Of a stretch of DNA of 64,000 nucleotides, positions 42,985 through 55,133 are shown one piece after another. Numbering within the stretch: the stretch's first letter is position 1; every line of letters starts with the position of its first letter. Under the pieces are notes generated by a model, which saw nothing but the letters and a program-made list of their open reading frames with translations, had not been told where the DNA came from and ran no database searches. This DNA comes from Octopus vulgaris (Eukaryota): the NCBI GenBank assembly GCA_951406725.2, contig OX597815.1:69316001-69380000 (forward strand). Reading direction: 5' to 3'. The position numbers and the translations under genes were made by a program.

Positions 42985-44140
42985 GGATTTATGTGCGAAA
43001 GAAGTACCACTGTACTCTCTTCCTAGTGAGACGATCGCAAAGGAGTGCTTAGCTAGGAGTAAACAGCTATACCTAGCATTTATCGGCCTAAAGAAGAGCT
43101 TCAACAAAGGGACACAGTTTGTAAAGACGACAGGGGTAGGTAAATATCTAGTGAGGTCTGTGCGAGCCATGTACAGAGGTGTAGTCAGTAAGAGGAGAGC
43201 AAATAATGAATACAGCTATAACGAAGATGTTAAATGAGGGAAATGTGGAAAGGATATATAACTTGGGATGAAATGAACTGGTAAGCGACAATTTATTCTC
43301 CGTTATAAAATACAATGATTGCCATAAATGAAATAAAATAACAGCAGGTCACAACAAAGATGTGTGAAAGATTTCGTGGTTAAGCTGGACTGTTGATCTC
43401 GTAGACATAGTTGACGTACAGTTTGGTGGTGTGTAGAGGCAGCCGTTGGTCTGTTGGTTGTGTAGTCTTCATACAATACACGATGTAGACAGGCGTCTGG
43501 TGGAGAAGACGAAAGCGGAGACTGGCTGATGTCAGATACATCATTGCCGGAGACGAGTTGCGTGTGGTCAGTGCTGAGTGCCAAAGACCTAGAGCGGTCG
43601 AGAACTGCTGTTCTTATAGAGATCAGTAGGCTCCCAGAGGTGGTGAGTAATTTCCCGCGTAAGGAAAAACAAACTGTTGTGCCAACAAGACTGGACGGCG
43701 GGAAAGTGACCAATACAAACGATAGGTTCGTTTAATCAACGAGGTCATGTGACCTGCTGGAACGAAAAGGCTTATTGAGCCGATATTGGGGTATTTAAGC
43801 CTAGATGAATCAAAACAAAAACATCTTACATATAATGACAGTGTAAATCACTTTTGTTACACAGCGATGAATTTAGCGTGAAGGTTGGAATCCGCCAGGG
43901 TGCAGTTCTCAGTCTTCTGCTTATCATTGTCTTCCAGGCCATAACAGAGGCGTTTAAAGCTGGCTATCAATGGTTACTCTTGTATGCTGACTAACTACTT
44001 CTTATAACTAAATATGTAGTAGAATTAGAGAAAAAATTTCAGACGTGGATGCAAAACCTAAAATATTAGTAAGAAGGAAGGAAGGCTACAGACAAAGAAA
44101 CGGCTGTGAGCAATATGCAGAAAAACGAGAAGGTAAGAAT
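42985..44140 (+). pseudogene. Decayed RTE-clade LINE RT, split by a solo LTR
   Basis: LYLAFIGLKK...LVRSVRAMY...NEYS | DEFSVKVGIRQGAVLSLLLIIVFQAITEAFKAG..W.LLYAD. Confidence 0.8.
43217..43861 (-). mobile_element. Solo LTR (Gypsy-like, 4-bp TSD)
   Basis: Termini TATAAC...GTTACA (TG..CA with one change), TSD CAGC on both sides, and precise interruption of the RTE reading frame. Minus strand has a TATA-like TTAAATA (~43795) and AATAAA (~43293). Confidence 0.75.
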
Positions 44141-44249
44141 TCCATGAGTTTGTTACGTCATCTATCTTGATGGTTTCAGACTTCCGAAGTAATTACTTTT
44201 ATATAGGCGTTCCCAGCAAAAAGAGATTTCATGAGTTCACAAAATACAA

Positions 44250-45280
44250 CCTTAAGTACTTAAACTGATATTTTGGAACATTGCACATTGAACAGTAGCG
44301 TATGATGGTTTTTACATAAGAAGATTAGCCTGCAGTTTAAGAAAAATCAAATTGCTCATTAAATAGGTCCGAAATCTGCAGGGTGTGAAGTTATGTATGA
44401 TTGAAGTTTCAGAGCTGATCTCACTTGCACTACTTGTGGCCACGTTATACTTTCAAAAGCCGGTCTTGTCCATGAAAGATCATATATTAGAAGACCAACA
44501 ATGGATACTTATATACATATATACGTACAAAACCAACGGAGCACACTGCGGTCTTTGTGTCCAAAACTATGCTCATCAACTGTCGTGTTAAAAATCCATT
44601 TTCCTTGAAAGTACAAAAACGGTGAATCCATTATCATTAAAAGCACAAAAACCTAAGTTGGGACCATAATCCATTTTTTTCTATAACATCGCGCTGGTCT
44701 AGGTTTTTATAGGATCTTCATTTTCTGGAGATGGCTTGGGAAAAAGATCTTTGCAATTCTCTAAACATCTCTTCAGAATACTTTCAGAATCACTAATTAA
44801 AGTGATTCTGAAAAAAGGCAGTAGGTGATTGGATCAGAAAGAAGTAGTAAGCGATTGGTGATGACCAAATATCTGTTTTAAGAAATTCTGTAATACTTTA
44901 GTTCTTTTTCTTTTTTATCGCAGGCCAGTTGAATATCTGAGAATGCTTAGTCACCATGCACTCTTCATGGTCTTCAGTTCTCTCTGCAAAGCTAATTTAC
45001 GGTAATTCATCAATTCATCTGTCTTCAAACGTTTTCCACCAGGTAAATTAGGAACGAGCAGTTTCAAGTGAAAATTAATCTCGATGTCTCGAAGATCTGA
45101 TATTTTTGAGATAAATTAGCGAACCAATCTTCGTATTTGGAACCCAAAATATTGGCAGCAGAGGCATAAATGTTGTATTTAAAGTCTAAGCATGAACCAT
45201 CGGGCAATGAATTTGTAAGAGCTTTATGCTGTTGTAGGGATTCAAAACTTGTCAACAGTTAACCATTTTGGAAACTATAG
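44250..45280 (-). pseudogene. Heavily decayed RTE-like ORF2 (EN-RT linker)
   Basis: FKYNIYASAANILG..YEDWF; LQRELKTMKSAW; DIQLACDKK; ESILKRCLE. These resemble the LG..DWFD / WW..IQ / IL.RW.E motifs of RTE LINEs. Confidence 0.5.
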
Positions 45281-45804
45281 ACGCAGTTTTGGGTTCATTC
45301 TCACTGTGTGGCACCATGGGCAAGTGTCATCTACTATAACCCAGACCAGCCAAAGCTTTGTTGTGAATTTGGTAGATGAAACCCGTCGTGTATGTGTGTG
45401 TGTGTGTGTGTGTATACATGCATATATATATATGTACACACACACACATATATATATATTATTTTATTTTTCTGTGGGTTAACAATGCTACCAATGGTTT
45501 CATGTAGAGAGAATTCTCTGCACAATTATCAAACCTGTCACATGGGAACGTTGGTACTCGTCTCCATCTTGGAAGAGAACACACACACACATGTGAGGGT
45601 GGTGTATGTGAGAACAGAGAAACTATAGTCAGGTCTTATTTCAAGTACCTGACCTTCCCCGGAAAATCATGATTCAGAGGAGCATCCGGTCATAATATCA
45701 TGCCTAAAATAGATTGCCGTGCAATTGCACTAGAATGGAAACACGGACGTCAGTGGAAGGGACGCGCATGCGCACACCCGCGCACATATATAAAGACCGA
45801 GATT

Positions 45805-46012
45805 ATAATGATGATGGTGATGGTGGTAATGATGATGATGATGATGGTGACGATGACGACGAAGGGGATGATAATGATGATGGCGACATGACGACCATGA
45901 TGATGGCAATGATGATGAGATGACGACGTAGAAGATGATGATGATGACGACGACGACGATCATGATGACAATGATTACGATGGTGATGACAACGACGATG
46001 AGGACGATGAGG
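45805..46012. repeat. (GAT/GAC)n trinucleotide repeat
   Basis: Directly visible. Confidence 0.9.
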
Positions 46013-46072
46013 ACTGAGATGTGGTGGGACAGTTTCAGTCACCTCACTAGCTGTTTCTGACGGTTCAGGAAT

Positions 46073-46395
46073 GAAGTACACACTGCCAGGTGTGGACGAC
46101 ATAAAACTGGTGGAGCTCTGACTCTGAAGTGACTCAAGGTACCATAGAGTGCAGGTGTAGTTGGTGTTGTGGGGTATGTGGATGTGTGTTGGATGATGGC
46201 AAGGAGGTAGCAGCTGGGTGACATGATAGTTGCAGAGACAGTTTTGGGTGTTTGGTACAAGTTAGATTGGGAGGTGAGAAAGAGATCAAAGGTATTTGGG
46301 GTACCTGATGTCGATCATGAATGTCTGTAGCAGGTGAAGCAATTGATGAAGAAAGGTAAGCATGATAAAAGACTTGGCTTCTGTACCTGTAGCAT
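46073..46395 (-). pseudogene. Decayed LINE APE-endonuclease fragment
   Basis: T.IHDRHQ..PNTFDLFLTSQSN (frameshifted) resembles the PTRIPDR..PNILDLFLTSNP endonuclease motif. Confidence 0.45.
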
Positions 46396-46442
46396 TAGGG
46401 AATGTATACACTCACACATGAGTGTTTGTGTATGATGATAAG

Positions 46443-46480
<38 letters not shown>

Positions 46481-46482
46481 TT

Positions 46483-46773
46483 AAATTACGGGGGTGAGCG
46501 CGAACGCAGACCCCAAACTTAGAAATAGCACACCCGAGTCGCCCACATTTGGAGCGATCGCAAAGGTCAACCCAACCGGTGTGCAACCTCACTTTGGGAG
46601 AACCACCTTGATGATCATGGTTTACTCCTGTGATCATTAAGGTGGTTCTCCCAAAGTGAGGCCCTTCCATTGCACTCCGGTTGGGTTGACCTTTGCGATC
46701 GCCCCAAATGTAGGTGACTCGGGTGCGCTATTTTCTAAGTGTGGGGTCTGCGTTCGCGCTCACCCCGTAATTT
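46483..46773. repeat. GC-rich ~290-bp fold-back hairpin flanked by (TA)n
   Basis: aattacgggggtgagcgcgaacgcagacccc mirrors ggggtctgcgttcgcgctcaccccgtaatt; ~7-nt loop tttactc; one 9-nt indel. Confidence 0.93.
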
Positions 46774-46778
46774 TATAT

Positions 46779-46837
<59 letters not shown>

Positions 46838-46872
46838 CATCATCGTTTAACATCCGCTTTCCATGCTACACA

Positions 46873-46916
<44 letters not shown>

Positions 46917-46919
<3 letters not shown>

Positions 46920-47962
46920 GGAGAGTTTAGGAAAAAAACAAAAGACGAAGACAGGTGGCGTACAAAACAAACAGATGTATTGGTATAACGCTCAAGAATA
47001 GAAAAAGTCTTTTACGTTTCGAGCCTAAGCTCTTCTACAGAAAGGGACACAGGAAAAAACGAGAGAAACAAGGAGAGAAAAGAAGTGTGTGTAGTGGCGA
47101 ACGATCTATCATGGCGACTAGTGCCGGACAGAAGGGTCAAACCCGAGGAGGAAAGTAGGGGAGATAACAAGGTAAAGCTGACCCTCAACACAAAGGTGCG
47201 TGTGTGTATAAGAGAGTATTATGTGCGTGTGAAAGAGGGCTGGTGGTCTGGACGTGTGCGGTGTGTAGGTGTGAAGATGTGGGGATGGGTGTGTGGGTGG
47301 TGTGTGGTGATGTGATGTGTAATGTATGGTGTAGTGTGGTGTGGTGTGATGTTGTGGAGAGGTGGGGAAAGCAGGGGTGGGGTGTGGGTTCGGCTGGGGG
47401 TTGGGTAGAGTTGGGAGACTGCAGGGCGGATTCGGGGGGAGAGAGCAGATGCATGGTCCACGGAACGTGCTCTGGCTAGGGCGGTGTGGATAGTGATGAG
47501 GGGATATCCACGTAGGATGAAGTGGCGAGCCATGAGTTGAGACTGAGTCTCAAGGTCATAGTTGTCACTACAGAGCCTGCGTAGACGGAGGAATTGGGAA
47601 TAGGGGATGGAAAGCTGGGTGTGTTTGGGGTGGGAGGAGGAGAAGTTTAGATATGAGTGTGAGTCTGTGTGTTTGTAGTGGATGGAGATGGTGAGAGTGG
47701 AGTGATGAATGCTGACCGAAATGTCAAGAAAGGAGACAGAGGTGTCAGAGGTAGTGCAGGAGAAGTGGAAGGCAGAATGGAAAGATTTGACGAAAGAGAG
47801 GAAGGAGCCTAGATGTTCGCGGGAGAGTGAGGTGGCACCGATACAATCGTCAATATAACGGCCATATAGTTCGGGAGTGGGACCAGTGAAACTAGAGAAT
47901 ATTTGAGCCTCAACATAGCCAACGTACAGGTTCGCATAGTTGGGGCCCATTCTCGTTCCCAT
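46917..47962 (-). mobile_element. 5'-truncated Penelope-like retroelement (Neptune-like RT/thumb plus terminal repeat)
   Basis: ORF 47219-47962: MGTRMGPNYANL, RYIDD, VSFLD, HYKHTDSHSYL, SSSHP, SIPYSQFLRLRRLCS, RGYP are diagnostic PLE RT and thumb motifs. Followed by the terminal repeat ending at (TA)n. Confidence 0.92.
47009..47044 (-). ncRNA. Minimal hammerhead ribozyme-like motif (variant core)
   Basis: CUUU-CUGUAGAA-GAGC-UUAG-GCUC-GAAAC-GUA-AAAG: stem I CUUU/AAAG, 4-bp stem II, palindromic ACGU stem III, GUA cleavage triplet. Sense to the PLE ORF. Confidence 0.6.
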
Positions 47963-48429
47963 ATATATATATATATATATATATATAAGTGCATGGCTCA
48001 GTGGTTAGAGTGTTGGGTTCACACTCAAGAGGTAGTAAGTTTGATTCCTGGACCGGCCTGTGTATAGTATCTCTTAAGGAAGACAATTTATTTCATATTG
48101 CTCCAGTTCACTCAGCTGTAGAAATGAATTGCAGTGTCACTGGTGCCCAGTAGTATAAGCCTTTGGCTTTCTCTTGGATAACATCAGTAGTGTAGAGCGA
48201 CGAAGCTGCTTAAAGGTTCCTAACAGCTACTTTGGCAGCAGTTCTTTATTGAGGAATCGATCAATGTAGTCGATTTATTCATCAATAAAAAAAATTGCTG
48301 CTGAAACAGCTGTTGCGAATCATTAAAATCCATTTGTGTTCTTATACCATACCTAGAACCATCCTTATGCTGGATCTGTAATTTGTTTTGGATCGTGAAC
48401 TGACATGTGTGTATGTGTATAAATATGTA

Positions 48430-48486
<57 letters not shown>

Positions 48487-48488
<2 letters not shown>

Positions 48489-48792
48489 CGAGATCACGTG
48501 ACCGACCAGACCATCAGGTGTTGCTACACATCGCTGGCCACAATGCGCTTCGCATTGTTTTAGCCTTCGAAAGACGCCACCCCGCTGGCTAAGCGAGCAG
48601 GCCAACAGAAGAAAGAGTGAGAGAAAGAGTGGTGAAAGAGTACAGAAGGGATCACCATCCCCTGCCGGAGCCTCGTGGGGCTTTTAGGTGTTTTCGCTCA
48701 ATAAACACTCACAACGCCCGGCCTGAGAATCGAAACCGCGATCCTACGACCGCGAGTCCGCTGCCCTAACCACTGGGCCACTGCACCTCCAC
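48487..48792 (-). mobile_element. tRNA-derived SINE (family B-related); partial inverted copy at 60190-60305
   Basis: Minus strand ggaggtgcagtggcccagtggttagggcagcggactcgcggtcgtaggatcgcggtttcgattctc contains A and B boxes. Confidence 0.8.
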
Positions 48793-48806
48793 ACACACAC
48801 ACACAT

Positions 48807-48847
<41 letters not shown>

Positions 48848-49407
48848 ATTCTTAAAGAGGACAACAAATGCTAAGGCAAGACAAACATCTCAAGTCATAT
48901 ACATTATTATTATTGGGAAAAATTCAATGTCTTACATCTGTTTTGGGGATACACTGGAGTATGGGATATTAAGTCATTGGAGACAAATAGGGAAAATGAG
49001 AAGGGTTATATATTAATGAAAACGACAACATAGAGGACAGGGGGAAAGGAATAGTGAGATGAAGAAAGAGAAGAAAAAAGAAGCATAAAAGTTCACAGTT
49101 CACATATATAGCGCTTTCGTCCACTCTAGTGGAGTTGTCAAATTGAACTTTTGCAGGAATTTTGTCTCTTTTTATAGTATTATTGAGTGTGTAGGGGTGG
49201 GGAGAGATATAAGATAGTACAAGAGGCTGAGGAATGGGGAGAAAGTGCGTGGCTGTGTGGCAAGTAGCTTGCTTACCAACCACATGGTTCTGGCTTCAGT
49301 TCCACTGCGTGGCACCTTGGACTAGTGTCTTCTACTATAGCCTCGGGTCGACCAAAGCCTTGTGAATGGATTTGGTCACGGAAACTTAAAGAAGCCCGTC
49401 GTATATA

Positions 49408-49592
49408 TGTGTTCTGCCCTTACCTTCGAAACACGCATTGAGTCGAACCAGGAGCAGCTGATGAAGGGAAATTTTCCTTGTATTGTTTGTCCTGTACTCT
49501 GTTTTTGCGTTGTTAAAAAAGAGTCCGTTTCCTTGTTTGATTTTATGTTTTCGTTTCTCGTTGTGTTCTACGTTTATTTGTGGTCCCCTGTA

Positions 49593-49646
<54 letters not shown>

Positions 49647-50598
49647 TGTATATATCTATGTAGATGTAAGTATGTACATATATGTATGTATATATGCATA
49701 TATTTTTTTTATTTATTATATTGTTATTATATGACCGAACGCACGCGTTATTTCTCTATTTCTCTTCTCCAAGTAAGTTTTTATTTGAATAATCATGACG
49801 CGCACTCTTACTCTTTACTTGACCTTTCCTCCCTGCCTGTCTGTCTTCCTCTCTACTTGTCTCTCTCCTTCTTATTTTTCACCCTTTCTGGTTTCTTTCC
49901 CCTCTCTCTCTCCGCCTCCTCCTCCTCTCTCTGGCCGTTGACCAGAGGGCTACTAAAACTTTCTTTCAGCTTCGTGCTTCAACAAGCATACATCGACTTC
50001 CCTGTCTTTCGCAAGCCGATTTTTCACATGCGTTCTAACTAATTTTTCCACCGTCTAGGCCTAAAAAAAAAGCCCTTACTGTTGGTTCCCTGTCCTGTTA
50101 TTCTTTATTTGTACTGTTTTTTACTTTTTCTTCATTTGTATAGCTTTTACGTCCTGTTCTTGTCACTTGTTTTACCCCTCTGCAAAATAATTTTATTTAA
50201 TTCCTTTTGCAGGAAGGACTGCTTCGGCCTGGCCGTGTTCTGCTCTTACCTTCGAAACACGCATTGAGTCGAACCAGGGGCAGCTGATGAAGGGGAATTT
50301 TCCTTGTATTGTTTGTCTGTACTCTGTTTTTTCGTTGTTAAAATAAAGTCCGTTTCCTTGTTTTTTCGTTGTTAAAAAAAGGCCGTTTAATTTTATGTTT
50401 TCGTTTCTCGTTGTGTTCTACGTTTATTTGTGGTGTCCTGTACTCATATATATATATATGCATGTATATATATACATGTAGATGTAAGTATGTACATATA
50501 TGTATGTATATATGCATATATTTTATTTATTTATTATATTGGTATTATATGACCGAACGCACGCGTTATTTCTCTATTTCTCTTCTCCAAGTAAGTTT
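49408..50598 (+). mobile_element. Tandem direct repeat of a PLE-like terminal unit (49408-49780 / 50235-50598)
   Basis: gtgttctgcccttaccttcgaaacacgcattgagtcgaaccagg.gcagctgatgaaggg ... atgaccgaacgcacgcgttatttctctatttctcttctccaagtaagttt occurs twice. Confidence 0.7.
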
Positions 50599-50619
50599 AT
50601 ATATATATATATATGCGTA

Positions 50620-50830
50620 TCTATTATATAAAATCCGTTCTGTCTGTGTGTGTGTGTCTTCTAGGATATCGGGCATCCTCCATCCGATTGCGCGCAAATT
50701 TGATATGTAGATACCGACGGTGTCAGGACGTGTATAAGTCTTGAAAAAATTACAAAAATTGATAAAGCCGTTTTTGTCCTGCTTTACTTCCGTCAACCTG
50801 TACATAACTGCGCCGTCCATTTTTTGTTGT
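50620..50830 (+). mobile_element. Helitron-like 5' end (non-autonomous)
   Basis: A|TCTATTATATAAAA...TCTGTCTGTGTG...CCGATT resembles the 5' end of the Helitron at 41318. No 3' CTAG hairpin found. Confidence 0.5.
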
Positions 50831-51729
50831 TTTTGTACTGGTTAAAGGCACGTTTCTTTCCTGGTACTTTAAACTCTTCGGTTGCAAATTTGTGTGAATA
50901 AAATCGTTTTTCTTTGGAATAGAAAAAAGTCTATCGTTATTTCTTCTTTTGCTGGTGTCTCAAATTTAGGTTAAATCAGTGTTTCTCAAAGGGGAGGTCT
51001 ATGGGACGGTCGATTGCCAAATTTCACTTAACACTTCAACAGCGCTTTTCACATGGTAAAACAATAGTTTTTTCTGTAAATGACAGCAGTCATACATTTC
51101 CCAGATGCCTTCACTAAGCAGAATAATGTCTTTGCCACTTGACCCTTCTAACCTCTTCTAGGCCACTAGGTTGCTGGAATGGAGATAACAGACCTCGAAC
51201 GAAATCATTTGTTCTCAACAATATGTCTTTCTTTCTCGCTGCTTTTCGATAGTTATAGAAACAAGAACTCCGTAAGCTAAAGGCAGTTACGGAGAGCGAC
51301 CATTATTATTCCACATTCTTTATTTCATTCTTAAACATTAAACACTTCATTCATATATTTATATACATATATACTACATATATATATTACCTTTAATAAA
51401 TTAGCTTTCATAAAGTTCACCTTTAAAATGCCACGACGAGTCAGAGTACTTTCTCGTTAACCTCTGAAAATCTCTCTTGCCAACCTCCAACTGACAGGTT
51501 TCTGTACTTTTTCACGACGGAAAATACACCTTTTGTGGCATTTATAACGGAAACGCCCTCAAACATCAGGTACGCAAAAATGGACGCTGGTCTATTTTTA
51601 GAATTTAAAGGAAAGTATCCAGACAACATTTCTCTATTTCTACCATGGCAATTAAGTTAGGATGCATAAACGACGGTGCCCCAGCATGGCCACAGCTCGT
51701 GAGCTGAAATTAGATAAAATAAAAAATAA

Positions 51730-53831
51730 TTGTGCGTGGGCTGGTGTTGAAATGGAAACAATGTTGTCTCCTGGACGACCTCAGGTCACGGGATATAGAC
51801 GTTTGCATTGTCACGGTTATGAGAAATTTATTCCTCCTAGCCGACGAGGAGGAGGGGGCGTGGTGGTGCTACTCAAGAAGACTTCGAACTTACAGGTAGG
51901 CTGGTCGTCCTAGATGTGATTCACGAAAGTAAACAGTCCTTCAAGCTGGTAGCTTTCTATGCTCCTCAGGAGTATAGACAGTCAGGTTTTTATCAAAGAC
52001 TAGAGCACTTTCTAGAGACATCAAAAACGGTAGTTCTGTTTGGAGACTTTAACACTAGCCTCGATGCATGGGTGGATAGTGTTGGCTCGACTGATAGGAG
52101 AGGGGAATCCTGGCCTCAAAGGTCTACTAGAGAGCTAAAATCTAGTAGACTTTACAGAGTGGGTGAGCCACAGTGGACGTGGAGTAAAAACGACGGCTCT
52201 CGCAGATCTTACATAGATAGGGTATTCGTTAGAGAAAGAGATAGGGACACTTTTAGCTGTCCACAATTTTGTATTGTGCCTTACACGGATCACAAATTTG
52301 TGACGTGTGAGGTACATATAGATAAATGTCATAGACAGAGACCCGGGTACTGGAAGATAAACAAGTCTATTTTGACTTGTCAAGCATTCCGTGCCCGGAT
52401 GAAGGATTTAGTACATAGGGTATTATGTGGCGCCTTCATTGATAATGATGGTGGCATGCCCTCAAGAGAGCCATCTGTTTAGTGTCTATTAGATTTAGCA
52501 ATCAGCTAAGTTTAAATAAATCTAGAATAGAAAGGGAACTAATTAAAAAATTAGACGAGACTTTGGAATCTAGCTCTGCAGACAGAGTGCTGGCGGCGAG
52601 AACGGTCTTGTACCATCACCTCAAAGCCAAGCACGAAGGCTGCAGACTTAGGGCTAAGCTACGCGCGGTGAGTCGAGAAGGTATTAACGTTTCCGCATGG
52701 GCACATCGTGTAGAGTGTTAGAGGAGCAAAAAAGTCTCTATAAAGTCTTTAACTGATGAACAATGGTATAAGATCTATGAACAGGAAAAGATGCAAAAGG
52801 CCTTTCACCAGCATTTCGCCGGCTTGTTTGGGCAGGGCGGCTTGCTTGAGCGTGGGGAGCCCTTAAAGGACTTCCTCACGGCTGGGCCGCGACTCTCGGC
52901 ACGTGAGGCAGAATGCTGTGAAGGACTGATTACACCTGCGGAGGTCAAAGAGGTGTTGGTCGAGTGCGCCGGGGATAAGTCGCCTGAGCTGGATGGTCTA
53001 CCCTATGAGTTTTATCATAGCATGCCGAACTTGTTTGAGGACCTGCTGGTGGGTGTCTACACTAACTGGCAACAGAATGGGAGGATTCCCAGCTCTGTAA
53101 GTCGGGGAGTGGTGACGCTGATCCATGAAGGACCCGAGCAAGGGGACATTATAAGTAACTATAGGCCCATAACTACTCAATGTAGAATTAAAGATTTTGG
53201 CCAAGGTGTTAGAAAAAGGTTGACGCGTGTCGTGGAGAAGCTCGTAGGGAAGGCGCAGACATGTGCCGTTCAAGGTAGGTCGATCCAGGACAATCCTCAC
53301 CTTATACGCTACACCTTAGACAGGGTAGGTAAATTAACTGGCAAAGGTGGGGCACTGGTCCATTTAGACCAAAGTAAAGCGTTTGATAGGGTCCTCCAAC
53401 AGTACCTGGCGGCAGTTTTCAAAGCGGCTGGGATGGGCCCGGACTTCCGTAGGTGGTTCTCCGCAATGTATAGCGGCATCCAATCCACCGTTTAGATAAA
53501 CGGCTACCTGTCGGAGCCGTTTTCGATCAAGAGCTCAGTTCATCAAGGGTGTCCCCCATCTCTGCTTATGTACGTTTTGGCTCTTGAGCAATTACTGCGG
53601 AAGTTGGAGAATTTGGGATGCCCCCCACCCCAATGAAATTGAATGCAGTAAGTCGGTCTCTGCTTATGCAGATGACCATCATCGTGTCCAATGAGGCTCA
53701 GCTGCCTTGTGAAGAGGATGCTATCAAAGGATACGAGGCGGTGGTAGGGGCAAAAGTTAACAAGAACAAGTCTATCGGCTTGCGCCTCGGCACCTGCAGG
53801 AGCATGCCGGTATCGTCCAGTGTCGTGGGTC
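51730..53831 (+). pseudogene. L1/Tx1-clade LINE ORF2 (APE endonuclease + RT), frameshifted and 3'-truncated
   Basis: FYAP, GDFN, WTW, SYIDRVFV, TDHKFV, GYWKIN; KSPELDGLPYEFY, NYRPIT, LDQSKAFDRV, SVHQGCP, SAYADD. Confidence 0.93.
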
Positions 53832-53983
53832 ATATACATATATATATATACATATACATTTATATATATATATATATACATATATATACATACATACATA
53901 TACATATATATATATACATACATACATATATATACATACATATACATACATACATATACATACATACATATACATACATATAT

Positions 53984-54052
<69 letters not shown>

Positions 54053-54056
54053 CATA

Positions 54057-54442
54057 CTCTTTACTCTTTTACTTGTTTCAGTCATTTGACTGCGGCCATG
54101 CTGGAGAACCCCTTTTAGTTGAGGAAATAGACCCCAGAGCTTATTCTTTTAAAGCCTAGTACTTATTCTATCGGCCTTTTTTGCTGAACCACTAAGTTAC
54201 GGGGATGTAAAGACACCAGCATCGCTTGTCAAACGATGTTGTGGACGACAAACACACACACACATATATACATATACATTACGGGGTTCTTTCAGTTTCC
54301 GTCTACCAAATCCACTCACAAGGCTTTGGTCAGCCGGAGGATATAGTAGAAGACACTTGCCGAAGGTGCCATGCTGTGGGACTGAACCTGGAACCATGTG
54401 GTTGGTAAGCAAGCTACTTACCATACAGTCACTCCTGCACCT
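54057..54442 (-). mobile_element. Family A SINE
   Basis: Full-length head and tail. Confidence 0.88.
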
Positions 54443-54490
54443 ATATTTTTATATATATTTATATATATATATATACACATGTGTATATAT

Positions 54491-54535
<45 letters not shown>

Positions 54536-54549
54536 CATACATATATGCT

Positions 54550-54965
54550 ACCAGCATACAAAGCTAAACAACATGCGGACAGGATACACTGGCCTGGGAA
54601 GAATTGCAATCTATAAATCAAAATCAGTGCGTGACCTGGGCATTGACATGAGCAATAATGCATCTTTCCAAGTGCATATTACCAATAAAATGCAGATGGC
54701 TAGCAGGATGGATCCTCCAAACTTTCAAAACAAGAGGAAAAGAGACATTGATGGTCCAGACATTGGAGGACATACATCCTCTGCTGCTTGAACTACTGCT
54801 CCCAACTATGGTCACCACACAATGTAAAACTCAGGGTAGAATTCGAAGCAATCCAATGAAGCTACACTAAGAAAACCATCTAGATGCAACGTATCAGCAA
54901 CTGGGAAAGACTGAAAGAATTAAAACTCTTCTCCCTGGAATGAAGGTGGGAATGATGCAGTAATA
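54550..54965 (+). pseudogene. CR1-clade LINE ORF2 relic
   Basis: KSVRDLGIDMSNNASFQVHI; KCRWLAGWILQTFKTR; [13 protein letters not shown]. Confidence 0.82.
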
Positions 54966-54980
54966 TATATATGTGTATAT

Positions 54981-55133
<153 letters not shown>

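Noticed and set aside
45700-46102. Poly-Asp/Met/His ORFs
   Set aside because: (GAT/GAC)n repeat with no splice or domain support.
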